Shown here: positions 26,013 to 39,698 of the stretch, one piece after another | How positions within the stretch are numbered: the first letter of the stretch is position 1 | Layout of the letters: every line of letters starts with the position of its first letter | NCBI RefSeq assembly: GCF_016433145.1 | Contig: NC_058131.1 | Span: 447,009,416-447,073,415 of the forward strand | Source: Gracilinanus agilis | Taxonomy: Eukaryota | Length of the DNA: 64,000 nt | Reading direction: 5' to 3' | Translations under genes and position numbers: made by a program | Notes under the pieces: model-generated | Databases searched by the model: none | What the model saw: the letters and a program-made list of their open reading frames with translations, nothing else | What the model was told of the DNA's origin: nothing

Positions 26013-28854
26013 CTTTCTTTTTATTAATTATATCCTCTGCACTTAGCACAGTGCCTGGGATAATCAATGGTTTTTGAATTGGACTGAAAAACTTTCATAT
26101 GTTCAGTCTGTAAACTGAGTTGTCTAGTCTGACCTATTTAAGAGATTCTCCCTCCCTAGGAAGAGTTCAAGAATATGAGAGTTAAAGGGTTAAACCCAGA
26201 GGAGTTCAAAGGTTAAAGGAAAAGGTTTAAGAAAAAGAAAGGTTATGAGACCAGCTATACAGAAAACCACAAAAACTTTCACAGACAGGCTGAGTTTCAT
26301 GATGTGCTCAGCATGTTAAACTTGCTCTGCTTGGCAAAACAGTATATACTATGGGAAAAAAGAAAAGAAAAGAGAAGAAGGGAGAGGAGTCGTCACATCA
26401 CTGACAGATCATTTGCTAAAAGAACTCTCTCTCCAGAGAGTGCATAGTTAAATGTGATGAAAATAAACAAGGCAATATGAAAGGACAATATGGTAAACAC
26501 GGTCTCATTTTTTTTTCCATAACAAGTCTTTGGAGTAGGAGGAAAATATTATGCCAATTATAAATGGGAAAAGTAAGATAAAGACAAATTTTCTCAAAGT
26601 AGGCATATAGTCCCTTTTCTTAAAAAAAAAAAACAAACAATCATCAGTCCATTATTGGTATATTGGTTCTTTTAAAACAATAAGACATTTATGGACATAG
26701 AAAAAAGAAATTATTTGTGATAAAAAGAAACCTTGGGAAAGTTTACTGGTTATCACTCAACTATCTCAACAAATCTACATACATGAGATAAAATAAAGGT
26801 AAATGTGTGAAAGATCATCAATCATTTCCTAAAAACAAATTATTCTAAACTATGTATGTCTATTTTTCACCATATATATCTTATAAATCAAATTCCTCAG
26901 GATTAAAGTATATTAAACAAGGACATATCAAATTTCCCTTTGGATCTGGATATCAGGAAATGTACCAACTTCTGTTCATGACATTTTTTTTACAGTAGTG
27001 ACAACATATCTAATTGCTTACTGTCTCAGAGAGGAGGGAGGGAAAAATATGGAATTCAAAATGTTAAAAAACAAATGCCAGAAATTGTTTTTACATATAA
27101 TTGAGGGAGGAAATTGAGGGGAATTACTGAAGGGAAAAAAAGAAAAGAAAAAGAAAAAAGAACAGTAGTGGTTAGTTTTGACTATGAATAAAACCAAAAG
27201 AAAAAAATTTTAAGATTTTTCCAGTAATTTTCTGATGAAAGCCTCTATTATCTGAAACTATAAAAACTTGACACCACACAGGATCAACTGTTCTCTAGAG
27301 ATTGCTTTGTATTTCTTCTCAAATTAGTTTTAACCCCTTCTCAAATTTCTTCAGGATCTGGTCTTAGCTTTCCACATGGGTTTTTTCATTTGTTATGACA
27401 GAGATCAGAATGTTCCTATTTTGTCCTTCAGATAATTAAGAGCAGGCAGTTATTGGAAAGAATATGCACTGTTGCTGATTTTATTTTATGTGGTCAGAAT
27501 TATTAAGTCTTTCTTGATTACCAACTCACATACAACTGATGACAGGCTAAAAGTGAAGTTCCTCCCATTTGTTCAGTGTTTTAAGCTTCATGAACAAATT
27601 TCTATTTCTAAGCGCATATATAGGAAGCTTGGGAAATATAGTTGGAATTTCATTTTTAACAAATGACTAAAATCCCCAGTTCCATATAACAAGGAGGCTC
27701 TTTTCACATCCTGGCAGAGAGCTGTCTCCACATTCTTTTTTAATGACATAGCTATAACAAGTTGTTTAAATAATAAAGCCTACAAAATAGATGGTTCTTC
27801 AACCCCTCTAACAACCATTTAGCCATCAATTTTAACAAAGTCTTTCTGTTATAATTTTAATATAGTTAATGCATTTGAATAATGTTAAATATTCTTAATA
27901 AAGCTTAAAGTTTTTTGAAATGCTATACTGATGACCTGGGATAATATTATATTAAAGGGTAGGAAATATAAAGAATATTTTCTTTTGGTACTAGTAAGCT
28001 CCTGACTATAATGGTGTTTTTTTCTTTACCTTTCATTCTATTCCCCTTCCAATAGCCCGTGAAAGTTACAGTAAGTAAAGACTAAGAAGAAACCCTAATT
28101 ATTATTTTATTTGAAGGACAATTCACAAAACATCAGAGTTCTAGAAAATCTGGGGGTTAGAGCAAAGGTTAAGAAGAAGGTATAAGAGTACCTCATAATG
28201 TACAGAAGAAAAGAAAGAGAGGGCAGGGAGATTAATAATACTACTGACAATAACAAGTGACATGTATATAATTTGCAAAGTAAATAAGTCTGTGAGCTAG
28301 TATCAAAAGCATTAGGATAAATAATAAGGATTCTTAGGTTTCAATAAAGGACTCTTGGGTTTCAATAGCCTGTACAAAATGGACAGGTCCAAGAAAAAAT
28401 CCTAATGAAGTAAGTCCTTTGTAGCCCAGGAAAAATAAAGTGCAGATAGCCTCCCATCATTTGTACCACAGCCAAAAAGATGGTAGAGGCTTCCAACTCA
28501 CCAACACCTTTCAAAACAATATACCTTTTAGCTATAAAATTCTATGAGAATATGAGATATAAATGTAGTATCCACAAGTCAAATGTATTCACTCTCAAAT
28601 GATACAGCATTTAAAAACTACTTCCTTCTATATAGTCAACTCATATTCCTAATTTGCTATTATTTGCATTAAGAATTAGCAAACACAGAGATTCTTTATT
28701 TTAAACAATACAAACAGTATTCTATACAAAATAACATTTTTTTCAAGTATAATGAAGCAATTTTAGCAAATCATTAAAAGGTAATTCCACCTATACTTAA
28801 AATATATCTGAAACAAATGACTTTTCATTAAAGAAAGATTTTGTAGATACTTAC

Positions 28855-28904
28855 TTCAAAAATAAAAAGTATACCATCTAATTCTTCTCTCTGAGACTTG
28901 TGAC
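28855..28904 (-). CDS. RALGAPA1: RALGAPA1 exon 3 (50 nt): (G)HKSQREELDGILFIFE
   Basis: Acceptor cattttag, donor GTAAGT; frame continuous. Confidence 0.96.
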
Positions 28905-29457
28905 CTAAAATGTAATCATAAAAAAAGAAATGAAAAATAATCATCATGTAGGAAATTATTTAGTGAGATATATACAATTAGAAAATTTCAATTTCTATAA
29001 GCATTTGGTATTAAAAAAGTTTTCATTAATTCTGTAATAAAACTTAAAGCTTTGTTTGGGTTTTCTAAAAAATATATTTGACTTCTACTACATATTACAT
29101 TAAAAAAAAAAAGAAACAATGAAAATCATTGAATAATTACTTAGTCATCCGCCCAAACTAAAGTAGTTGGATGGATATCCCACTACATGAGGACCCAAGA
29201 AAGAGAAAAAAAGAAGTAAGAGCAAAGAGAGAAGTTGATACTTTCTCATATCAGAGAAGTCATAACATTGCCACACTGGCTGCTGTCCAGTTCACAGACG
29301 GATGTCATTGGTCACAAGTAGAAACTGGGTAAGAAAGTTATCTGACCACTGTCACAAGAAAAGAAGTCACTTGTCAAAATTGTAAATCTTAAAAATGAAG
29401 CCAATTTTATGAACATTTTTAAATGACAAAAAAAAAGTCTAGAGAGATTTTTTTTTA

Positions 29458-29610
<153 letters not shown>

Positions 29611-30699
29611 TTATTTCTACAATCAACAAATTGTAACCATTAATTAGCAGATGTTCTAAAAAAAGGCTCTTTAAGATAACTATTCATTCAATAAAGAAGT
29701 CAAAGCTTTCTTCTCCCAATTAAAGTTATATTTGGTTTAATACAGTTTGAGATTGTTTTGTTTACTTTTATTTACTTTATAGATTATGATAGTTGTAAAT
29801 GAAATTATCCTTACTTAACATATAAAGAAAAGTAACTTGAAAGATTTTAACTTATTCAGAAGTACTTATTACACAATAAACAGAAAACCTACTGGGAATT
29901 ATACTAATATTGACTAAAATATCTATCTCTTAGACCCTGAGATTTAACAAGGAGTTACAAGATTCCATAAACACCAAAATATTCAAAGCAGAACTTTTGG
30001 GGATAGTTAAGGGCTTAAATCAAAGTACATGCCCATTGACTAGAAAGTAGCTAAGCAAATTGTAGTACACAAGTATAATGGAATATTACTTTATCTTAAA
30101 AATTCAGAACTGAAAAAAAAATCAATTTATTGTAACCAGGAAAGCAACATACACAATGACTAAAACAATGTAAATGGAAAAAAAAACATTAACAAATAAA
30201 ACTGTAATGATTAGGCTGAGCTCCAGAGAAGAGATGAAAAGATGCACTTCTCCCCACCATTTCTTATAGAGGTACAATCTCTGTATAGGAACCTGACTAT
30301 GTTCAAACAGAAGCCTTACTCAATGAGTAAATCAACCCAACAAGAGTATAATGAGAAGTTTTAAAAACCAAAATGTTAATAGCTTTCAAAGAAGCCTATG
30401 AAGTCACCTCTAATTCGGGGTAAGTGCCATAAAAAAAATGTCTTTTAAAGAGAAGAGTTTAGCTAGCTCCTACTGGGGCAGAAGTTTGTTTACTTAGTAC
30501 AAGTGACAGCAAATGCCTCTGAAGTGTTTTTTGTTTGTTTGCTTTGTTTTAATATCCCTAACTGGTTTTTTTCTGAGTCTATCTACACATTTAAAAGATA
30601 AACCTAATGTGCCAACTTAACTTGCTCTTTCTACAATTTAATATAAACTATAAACTGACATTTTTTTCTACTCTCTATTTTCTCTACTCCCTATAAAGT

Positions 30700-33120
30700 A
30701 CCCAGCAGGTTAGAAGGATCTGAGGACAAAGTCTGTACACAAAACCTTCCATAACTAGCTAATAAATACCCAGTGTGAGGAGAGCTGCAATATCCACTGT
30801 CTTTGTGTCTAAAAAAACTTAACCACATCTTTCTCTCCAATTCCTATGAAGTTGAATCTCTGGCTACTTAAGCCTGCCCCGACTTCCAAACTTTCATCTC
30901 CTATTTCTCCTCCAGTTTATATCAACCCTATTCCTTCTCATGTCTTAGTCAGTCTGGCCTACTACTTCCACTATGGCTTCTGGAACTTTCATTTCTAAGG
31001 AGAATAAATTTCCCTTTCTTCCTCTCTGGCTCCTTCCATCTTCTTGCATTTAATGAGACCTAGTCTCCCCTAAACAACATTATGTCCCTAATCAATAGTA
31101 CCAACAATAATTGTACTTTCTCTCATACTACTCCTCCCCAATCATTTATACACTAAGATCTTGGAAGGGGAAGTCAAAACACTCATTCACCATGGATATT
31201 TCCAGTTTCTTCCTTTGCTGCCATCACTCAGCAACTTCTCATCCCATGAGTTTACCTCCATTCAAACCAAACCAAACCAAACCCGAGTAGCAATTTAAAT
31301 ATCAGACTCCAAGTCATTTCCCCACCTCATTTCTCGGGGAGTTCTGATCTTGGCTCACAGTCTTTCCTTACCACCAGATCCTGTTCTTGTACTAGAGAAT
31401 TTCACCATAAATAAGGTAATCCCCTCAAACCTCTAAATTTTTTAATTTCTTCAATTACCATGATCTCCTTCCTTTCCACTCTGATTCTGCTACAAACAAA
31501 GATGAGCACATTCTTGACATTTCCATAATCTAACAATCAAATGCTCTGAAATAATTTTTATACCACAGCAAAAGTATGTTATATTTATATTTCACAAAAA
31601 ATTTTGCTTGTTAGCCATTTCTCCACTGACAAGACATCTACTACTTTGTTTCTAGTTCTTCCCCATCACAAAAAGTGTTGCTTTACATATACTGTTTACA
31701 AGGAACCTTTCTTTTTTGGCAATGACCTTTCTTGGGATATATATCTAATCTTGGTATGAAAGGGTATGGGCATTTTAGTCACTTCATTTGCATAATTCCA
31801 AACTACTTATACTATTTCACAACTCTGTAAAATAAAATAAAATATTAGTGTTTCTGTCTTCCCATAACCACTTCAACAATGATTCTTCCTATCTTTTGAC
31901 AAATACAGAGAGGCATGGAATGCCTTATATGAACTATATATCTAATTACTGATACAAAGTGAAGTAAGCAGATTCAATTAAACAACATATACAAGGAATA
32001 CAACAGTTAATAGAAAAAAACCCACAATATAACAATCAAAACTGAATGCTATAAAATTATAAGAGAACAAGCTTAGTTCCAAAGATATATAAAAAGATAT
32101 CTCTTCTCCTCCTCCTTTGTAGAGGTGGTTCTCCACAGGTGTGGAGCACTATATAATGTCAGTTTTTTTTAATTCATTGCTTTGATTCTATTAAAAATAG
32201 TTTATCTTCCTTTTAAATTTTCTTTACATTTGTTTTAGTTTTTTACTGTTTCTTACATCATGATAGTTATCAAGTATCCCTCCCTCTTCCAGAAAGCCAT
32301 CCCACACAACAAATAGTATTTTTGAGAGAAAAAAAAATCAGCACAACCGATCAATAAATTGAAAAAGTCCAAAAACATATTCAATATGTAATACCTATGG
32401 ACTTCCGTTTCCACAAAGGGCTAGGTTGCCAGTATCTTTTCATAGCTCTTCACTTGAGTCTTGCTTGATTCTTTATAATTTTGCTAGTTATTAAAAACTG
32501 AAATCTTTTTATCTAATCATAGCCTTTTATCATTCTACCTCTCCCTATGCCTTATATCTCCCTAACCTAACCCTATTCTAAGTCTTCAACAGGACTTCTA
32601 ATCCAATCATCCCTGCTCTAACCTCATTTTTCTTTCTTCCTAACACTAGACCCTTCCCTTAACTCAACTCTAATTGACCTTTGTCTGATCTCAAATCTGC
32701 TGCCTTTCTAACTCAAACCTTGCCAAACCCCAGCCTGATTGACTCATACCATCTACTTCAGGTGTTTCCTCAAATGCTTCTGAATAAAGCATGAGGAAAT
32801 GTCACAATTTAGGGTGTAATTAAAATGTATGGTATTTAATCTCAATGCTCCTCCTTAATTCTCTATCCCATTTCCAACAAAGGCTATTCTAAATTAACTT
32901 TTCTCTCTTCCCTCCATCCTCTCAACAGATGAAGTGACTTCTCATCAAGGCCAATCCCTTTACTCCATCCCTACCAATCTTCTCCTAAATACTGTTAACA
33001 CTCTTCCCTCTGATTTCCTCTCTAATTTTCAATCTCTCCCTGTTTTCTAACATATAGCCTTTAAACATACTCAAATTTCTCTCATACTGAAAAAACATTC
33101 ACTAGATTCTACTATTCTTA
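30700..33120 (+). mobile_element. L2 fragments interleaved with old L1 pieces
   Basis: CT-rich L2-like sequence (aatgagacctagtctccc, ttctcatcaaggccaatccc) with L1-like 3' pieces at about 31600-32500; boundaries approximate. Confidence 0.5.
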
Positions 33121-33123
33121 CTA

Positions 33124-33188
33124 TTATATATTATATTATATTATATTATATTATATTATATTATATTATATTATATTATATTATATTA
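33124..33188. repeat. (TTATA)n pentanucleotide microsatellite, about 13 units
   Basis: Directly visible perfect tandem array. Confidence 0.95.
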
Positions 33189-34235
33189 CAATAGTCTTAC
33201 TATTACAGATAGGTTGTGTGATTAACATGAGTTTGAATAATATTAAATTTGATTTAATGCAAATTATAAAATACCAGGTCATGTTTAATGTGAGGCAAAA
33301 GTCAATTAATGCAACTCCTGAAAACATGCTACTCAATAATACATTAGTCTGCACCTGTCAACACTGAATGTAGATTTGATGTACTATTTATTGCATACCA
33401 TATTGCCAGTAGTTAAGTTGACTTTTTTAAAGAGCCATTAACAAAATGGACAAAAAGAAAATTGCTTCAGATGGGAACAATGCCAGTGAAAAAAAGAAGA
33501 GGCTTTTTAAATAATAGAATAAAAATCTGATATAACTAAACAGTATGAATCCATGTGATCAGGTCAAGATGTCAAAATACCTGAATCTATAATATAATTA
33601 TAAAATGCATGCAAACAAAAAATAAAAGAGCAAAATTACATCAGATTTGTGTAATTTGCAAACAACTATAAGGAATAAAAGCCACCTAGGTTACTATGAT
33701 AGAAATAGGGCCTCTTTCAGCTGTAAGATTGAAGAAGGCAATTAAAAACATATTCCTCTTAGCAAATCAGCTATTCAGACAGAAGTCTGAAGTTTATTTA
33801 AAGCAGGGAAAGAAAACAAACGAAGAGGATAATGAAGAAACCATTACTGCAAAGAACTGGTTAGTCAAATACTATCTCGTTCAATTGCATGAATGTTAAA
33901 ATAATCAGAGAGGAAATCAGTGCAGAAAAAGATACAGGTACTAAATGTCCTAATATCTTCCTCTTGTCCTTTTCTATTTATTTTTTTTAGCATTAATTTG
34001 TTTTTGAGTTCCAAATTTTCCCTCCCTTCAGCTTCTGCCCCACCTACTGAAGAGGTAATAAAAATGATAGCCATCATACATGTGAAATCATGCAAAAAAT
34101 TTTCTATATTAGCTATGTTGCTAATAATAATGATAATAATAATAATAATAAAAGTAAAAAATAATATTATTCAATCTTTACTCAAGAGTTAACCAATGTT
34201 CTCTATGGTGGTGGATAGCATTTTTTATCATGAAT

Positions 34236-34428
34236 ATTTTTTAAAAACCCTTACCTTCCATCTTAGAATCAATACTGGGTATTGGTTCAAAGGCAGAAGA
34301 GCGGTAAGGGCTAGGCAATGGGGGTCAAGTGACTTGCCTAAGGTCACCCAGCTAGGAAGTGACTGAGGCCACATTGACCTCTCATCTCTGTGCCTGACTC
34401 TCAATCCACTAACCCACCCAGCTCCCCC
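34236..34428 (-). mobile_element. SINE1_Mdo-like SINE
   Basis: TSD tatcatgaat on both sides. Confidence 0.9.
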
Positions 34429-34631
34429 TATCATGAATCTTTTGAACTATCTTGGATCACTGTACTGATTAGAGTAGCAATATTAGTATTAGTAGTCTTT
34501 CACAGTTGATCATCATCACAATACTGCTGTTACTGTTCACAATGTTCTCCTAGTTCTGCTAACTTCACTTTGCATCATATATATATTCCCAGGTTTTCCT
34601 GAAACCATTCTGCTCATCCTTTCTTATTGCA

Positions 34632-34934
34632 CACAGATGCACACAAAGAGCTTTCTGTAGACATGTTGCTGTGCCCATCTCCCCCCAATTTCATTACCAG
34701 AAAGGCCAAGGGACTTGGGTGGAACTGCTCCCTTCCCTCTATCCACCCTGCTTGATGACATTTTTTTCACATCACTCATCCCTCTGCCCAGCAGTCCAAA
34801 GGGAACTCTTTCTCCTTCCTTGTATGGGGTAAAGTGGGGGGCAGGGTCCCCTGGCACTTAGTTGGGGGGGAAGGGCATGGCACTTAAGTCTGGGGGGGGG
34901 CAGGCACAGCACTCTAAAAGATTCACCATCACTG
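34632..34934. mobile_element. hAT MITE with a cagtgatgg(t)gaa terminus
   Basis: Right end ttcaccatcactg; 8-bp TSD ttat(t/a)gca; left TIR degenerate; GC-rich interior. Confidence 0.7.
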
Positions 34935-35657
34935 TTATAGCACGATAGTATTTCATCACAATCATATACCCCAGCTTGTTCAACCATCTCCCAGTTGACA
35001 GACATCCTTCCCTCCCCTCAATTTCCAATGCTTTGCCACCATAAAAAGATATATGTTAAGTCCTTTTCTTTTTTCTCTGATCTCTTTGTAATACAGACCT
35101 AGTAGTGATATTGTTGGGTCAACAGTGCATCAATGTCCCTACTTTTCAGCCTCCAGCATTTTGTCATTTTCCTTTTCTGTCATTTTAATCAATTTGAATA
35201 TCCTGATATTTTGAAGAAATAACTAAAGATACAATGAGTCAAATTGTTAATATGGTTGAAACAGTCTTATTTTGTAAAAGAAAGCCTTCTAGAACTTACA
35301 TTTCTAAGAAAAAAAACTAAACTTGGATAATTTTAAATTAAAAACAGTGCTTCTTTATTGGTCTCAAAGTCAGAAGAAAGTAAAGGTATCTAAATCTATT
35401 TTCAAAGAATTATTTTCAAGTTAAGTCCAACTCCTGAAAAAACCAAGGCAAGGACAACAATATCACATTAAAATAATACTGATTTTAAATAATGAATGCC
35501 CAGGCTCATTCAACTACACTAGGTTCATCAAGTGAGAATGTGATAATGCAAATTCACTGATATGTATATAAAGCTCTTCCTTCCAGGTAAGTCAGAAGAT
35601 TTAAAGAAAAGACAGCTTAGTCTTTGTAGCTAACATATTTTAAAAGATAACACTTTT

Positions 35658-35853
35658 GGGTAGCTGGGTAGCTCAGTGGAGTGAGAGTCAGGCCTAGAGA
35701 CAGGAGGTCCTAGGTTCAAACCCGGCCTTAGCCACTTCCCAGCTGTGTGACCCTGGGCAAGTCACTTGACCCTGATTGCCAACCCTTACCACTCCTCTTC
35801 CACCTATGAGACAATACACCGAAGTACAAGGGTAAAAAAAAAAAAAAAAAAAA
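35658..35853 (+). mobile_element. Young SINE
   Basis: 16-bp TSD aaaagataacactttt; long A tail. Confidence 0.93.
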
Positions 35854-36099
35854 AAAAGATAACACTTTTAACATATCATCAAAGTAGAAATTTATCTTCA
35901 GGTACAATATTTAGCAATTTTTATATTTTAAAATTTGTTTTCTATAACTATTATTTTTTTAGTAAATTTAAATTAAAATAGTTATCCTTTGCTCTTCTTT
36001 TGTTAATAGATAAAAACTTATTTAAATTTTTTTCATTGCTTATTTCCACTGAATTGGAACTAATTACCATAATTTACATAGAATCACAACTTCAAATAC

Positions 36100-37040
36100 T
36101 ACAAAATCAAATAATCATTTAGCAAGATTCATTAATCACATTGATCTTAACCTAGTTGTATCCTCTATCTCTCATTTTCACAGCTATACTCCTAGAAAAA
36201 ACTATCTCCTCTCATTGCCCTGACTTCTCCTTTTTTCTCAGTTATTCAAAATCTGGCTTTCAACTCATTTGAATCTTGTCTCTCCAAAGTTACCAAGTAT
36301 CAATTAATTGCCAAATCAGATGGTCTTTTATTAATCGTAGATACGCTGTCTAATACTGTTCTCTCATTTGTCTCCTGTATGTCTGTTCCCACTGTAGATA
36401 CTCCCAAAGCTCTATCCTAGGCCCTCTTCTTTTCTCTCTCTAAAGATTCTCCTTATGTAACAGTATCAAACTCAGAAGGATTTAATTATCTTCTCAATGC
36501 TGAAGATTCATATATCTACAACCTTAGGCTCTCTTGAACTCCAATCCCACATCTCTAAATAATACTTTTATATAATTCCAACTGTATATCCAGAGGCATT
36601 TTAAACTCAATGTACCCAAAATGGAATTCTTTTCCTCAAAATTCAATTCTCTTCCAAATTTCCCTATATTTTTCCAGGACATTACCATCCTTTCAAGTTA
36701 CTTAGGTTCCCAAACTCAGTGCAAACTATTATGCTTCACTAATCTTCAAAACTTGCATATCAATCAATTGCCAAATCTTGTTTCTACATTTACTACCCCT
36801 CTGAAATCTATTCCATTCTCTTTAATCACATGGTCAGCATCCTTTTTCAAACCACTTCATCACCTCTCATGAGGACTATTTCAATAGCCTCGTAGTCAAT
36901 CTTCCATGTCCAGGCTCTTCCCCGCTCCAAGCCCATACAGATACCAAAGAGAATTTTGAAAATTCAGACAGATCTGGCAATGTCACTCTTCTAACTCAAA
37001 AAACTGTAGTGGTTCCCTATCTCCTCTAGGATTAAATACA
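36100..37040 (+). mobile_element. L2 3' portion
   Basis: gtctctccaaagttacc...ccaaatc, gtcactcttctaactcaaaaaactgtagtggttccctat; degraded. Confidence 0.6.
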
Positions 37041-39049
37041 AACCCTTTTTTGGTATTGTGCTATTCATTTTTCTGGGATTCATACAATTAGTGTTCATTG
37101 AAATGAATACTAAAGAATAAATCACATATATACTCCTATAAATCAGTGCAAGAAGTTCACAAAAGAGCAAGGAGACAATACAGTGTGATCTCAGGATAGG
37201 TTATAAGAATAATAGATCAAATAATAGGATATCAGAGTTGGAAGGGTGCTCAAAAGATAATCTAGTTCAAACCTCTCATTTGCAGATGAAGAAAACTCCC
37301 AGAAAGATGAAGTGATTCATGCAGTTCAATTTGAACATTTATTATGCAACTACAATGTGTATGGCACCATGCTAGTGCCCAAGAACACCCATTTAGCAAC
37401 AGAAAAGTAATTCAAACTAAAATGTGATTCCCAGTGGAGTTCTCCTTCCATACAATATACTGCCTTCATGTAAGAGCTGTTTAATTAACATGAGTGAAAG
37501 TCTAAAATTTTTTTGAATGACTTATGTAATTACAAAATACAAAACCCCGAAACTATAGCATATACCCAATCAATTCCCTGGTGATATTACTATATAATGA
37601 AGTTGTTAAATAGCAAGACATATAAATTATTTCTTATTTGGTCCCATCCAACAGGAATGCATAAAGAATAGAAAGGAAGAAACTAGAACAACTTTGTAAT
37701 GCACTTGCCCTAAAAGACTCTAAAATGATCTCTGGCTTTTGAATCATTACCATAAATTCTGTTTCTCATCTGCCTTTTAGAATTTCCACTGAACCACAAC
37801 TTAACTCACCTTAGTTTCTATTCTCTGATCTCAATTTAAACATGAACTTAACAAGCTCCACTTGATGAAGCTAAGTCACCAAACCCAATCAAGCTACACA
37901 AACTACACCCCAGGGTACTAAAAAGAACTAATGTAGATACCATAAGGCTGGAAAGAAAAAATTTTGTCCCCCACCTCCAAAAAAAAAGACAGTAGTCTGC
38001 AAGCTATATACTAATATGCCGGAAGCCATTGAGGCTGTGAGGTTAGCACAGCTACTCACAAGCTCTGACAATCCAGCACAGCAGGTTGTCAAGAGGATGG
38101 AGATTCCACACTCAGTTTACCCTATATGATTCTTTTTACAGTGACATTCACTTGCATTGAAATTATTGCAATCAATATCCTTATCTAGCTCAAAGGAGAC
38201 ACAGAAAAACAATACAGGTTCATGGCAAGAACAATCACAGCCAAAGACTACCCACTATCCAAAAATAAACCCCTGTACAACCCCTTAGAGTATAGAAATT
38301 TCCCCTAGAATCAGCCCAGCAGAAAACCAGCAGTTAGTGAGTTAATGCAAGTTTCTAAAGTTCCCAGCAAGAAAATACCTGGCCTGAGTTTGTTCCCAAG
38401 CTCCTACAGACCATAGAAACAGTGAAACACAAAGAAATTAAGGCAATGACAAATTAGCACAGAATCACCCTACCAGAACTGTATTCTTAGAGATCCTATA
38501 ACAGAAAAAACACCATGGGAACAAAACATTGGACCAGACTGATATTATTATATCTTATTGGATGTAATCAACTACCATAACTATCTCCTTGATTGATGAT
38601 GGGAATGAATAGTATAACATAACTATATACATAATATAATTAGTTAAAATATAATTAAATATTATGTTTAGCTAGGAACTGATGTACTTGTACCTTACGC
38701 ATGGCTGAAAAGAATAAGTTCAAACNATTGTCCCGCCCCCAAGGGGAACTGGACTGCTGGTAACCCCCCAGCACTAATAAACTTAACTTTGATTCCTAGC
38801 AAACTTTTAGGATATATATTAAAGACACAGCTAGTGAACTTTTAGAAACGTAAACCATAATTACAAGGAACTAGAATGGCTTCCTAAAGAACAAGTAATT
38901 TCCCTTTTTGTGTGTACTACTTTACTGATAAATCACAGTATATTCTCTATATATAAACACACATTATATATGTATAAACATATATACACAAACATATATG
39001 TCACTACTAGATTTTAGCAAATGATTTAACAAAATTTCCCATGCTTATT

Positions 39050-39500
39050 CTAGAAAAAATGGAAAAATGTGGGTGATGACAGAACAATTAGATATTTGGA
39101 ACTGGCTAAACAGTTAGCAGTAATTAAAATGACTCAATGACAACCTCTCCCAAGGATCTGTGTTTGACTCTGCTATTTTACCTTTTTTATCAATGGCCTG
39201 GATAAAGAGAACGGTATAATGCTTATCAAATTAGTAAATGATGCAAAATTCAAAGAGTTCAATCACTGGATGAGAGGGAGAGAATCCAAAATAATTTAAC
39301 AAGCTAGAAAGCAAAACTAATATTATGAAATTTGCTAGAGACATATGTAATGTTTTATACTTGGGCTCAAAAAAATAATCAGTTTTCAAAGGAAAGACTG
39401 GCGAAGGAAAACAGAACCAAAGTCTGAATGAAAAAGATTTACTAAGAGTTTTAGTTGAATGCAACTCCATACAAGTCAACAATGTGATATAGCAACTAGT
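39050..39500 (+). mobile_element. CR1/L3 RT-domain remnant
   Basis: ctcccaaggatctgtgtttgactctg...ttttatcaatggcctggat...cttatcaaattagtaaatgatgcaaaa resembles CR1 PQGSVLGP..FINDLD..LIKFADDTK. Confidence 0.75.
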
Positions 39501-39698
39501 CAACAAACATTTATAGAGCAGGTTATACAAAGAAAGTCAAAAGGTAACCTGTGTTGTTAAGGAACTCACAGTCTAATGATAAAGATAATATGCAAAAAAC
39601 TATATATAAACAAGCTAGATAAACTATAAATAATCAACAGAGGAAATCACCAGAATTAAAAGAGATCAGGATTTTAGCTGGGATTAGAAGGAAGCCAA

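Larger units (their letters stand above)
33965..35190 (-). mobile_element. Old L1 3' region, interrupted by a SINE (34236-34428) and a hAT MITE (34632-34934)
   Basis: Reverse complement of the L1 3'UTR/ORF2 end (aatgttctcctagttctgct, cacaatcatataccccagcttgttcaaccat); short (TAA)n at about 34122-34150. Confidence 0.75.

Noticed and set aside
27530-27627. Possible 98-nt cryptic exon in intron 3 (cccaAG ... TAT|GTGAGT) with a stop codon
   Set aside because: Short pyrimidine tract; such pseudo-exons are common in long introns and there is no further support.
38726-38726. Single N base
   Set aside because: Assembly ambiguity, not biology.
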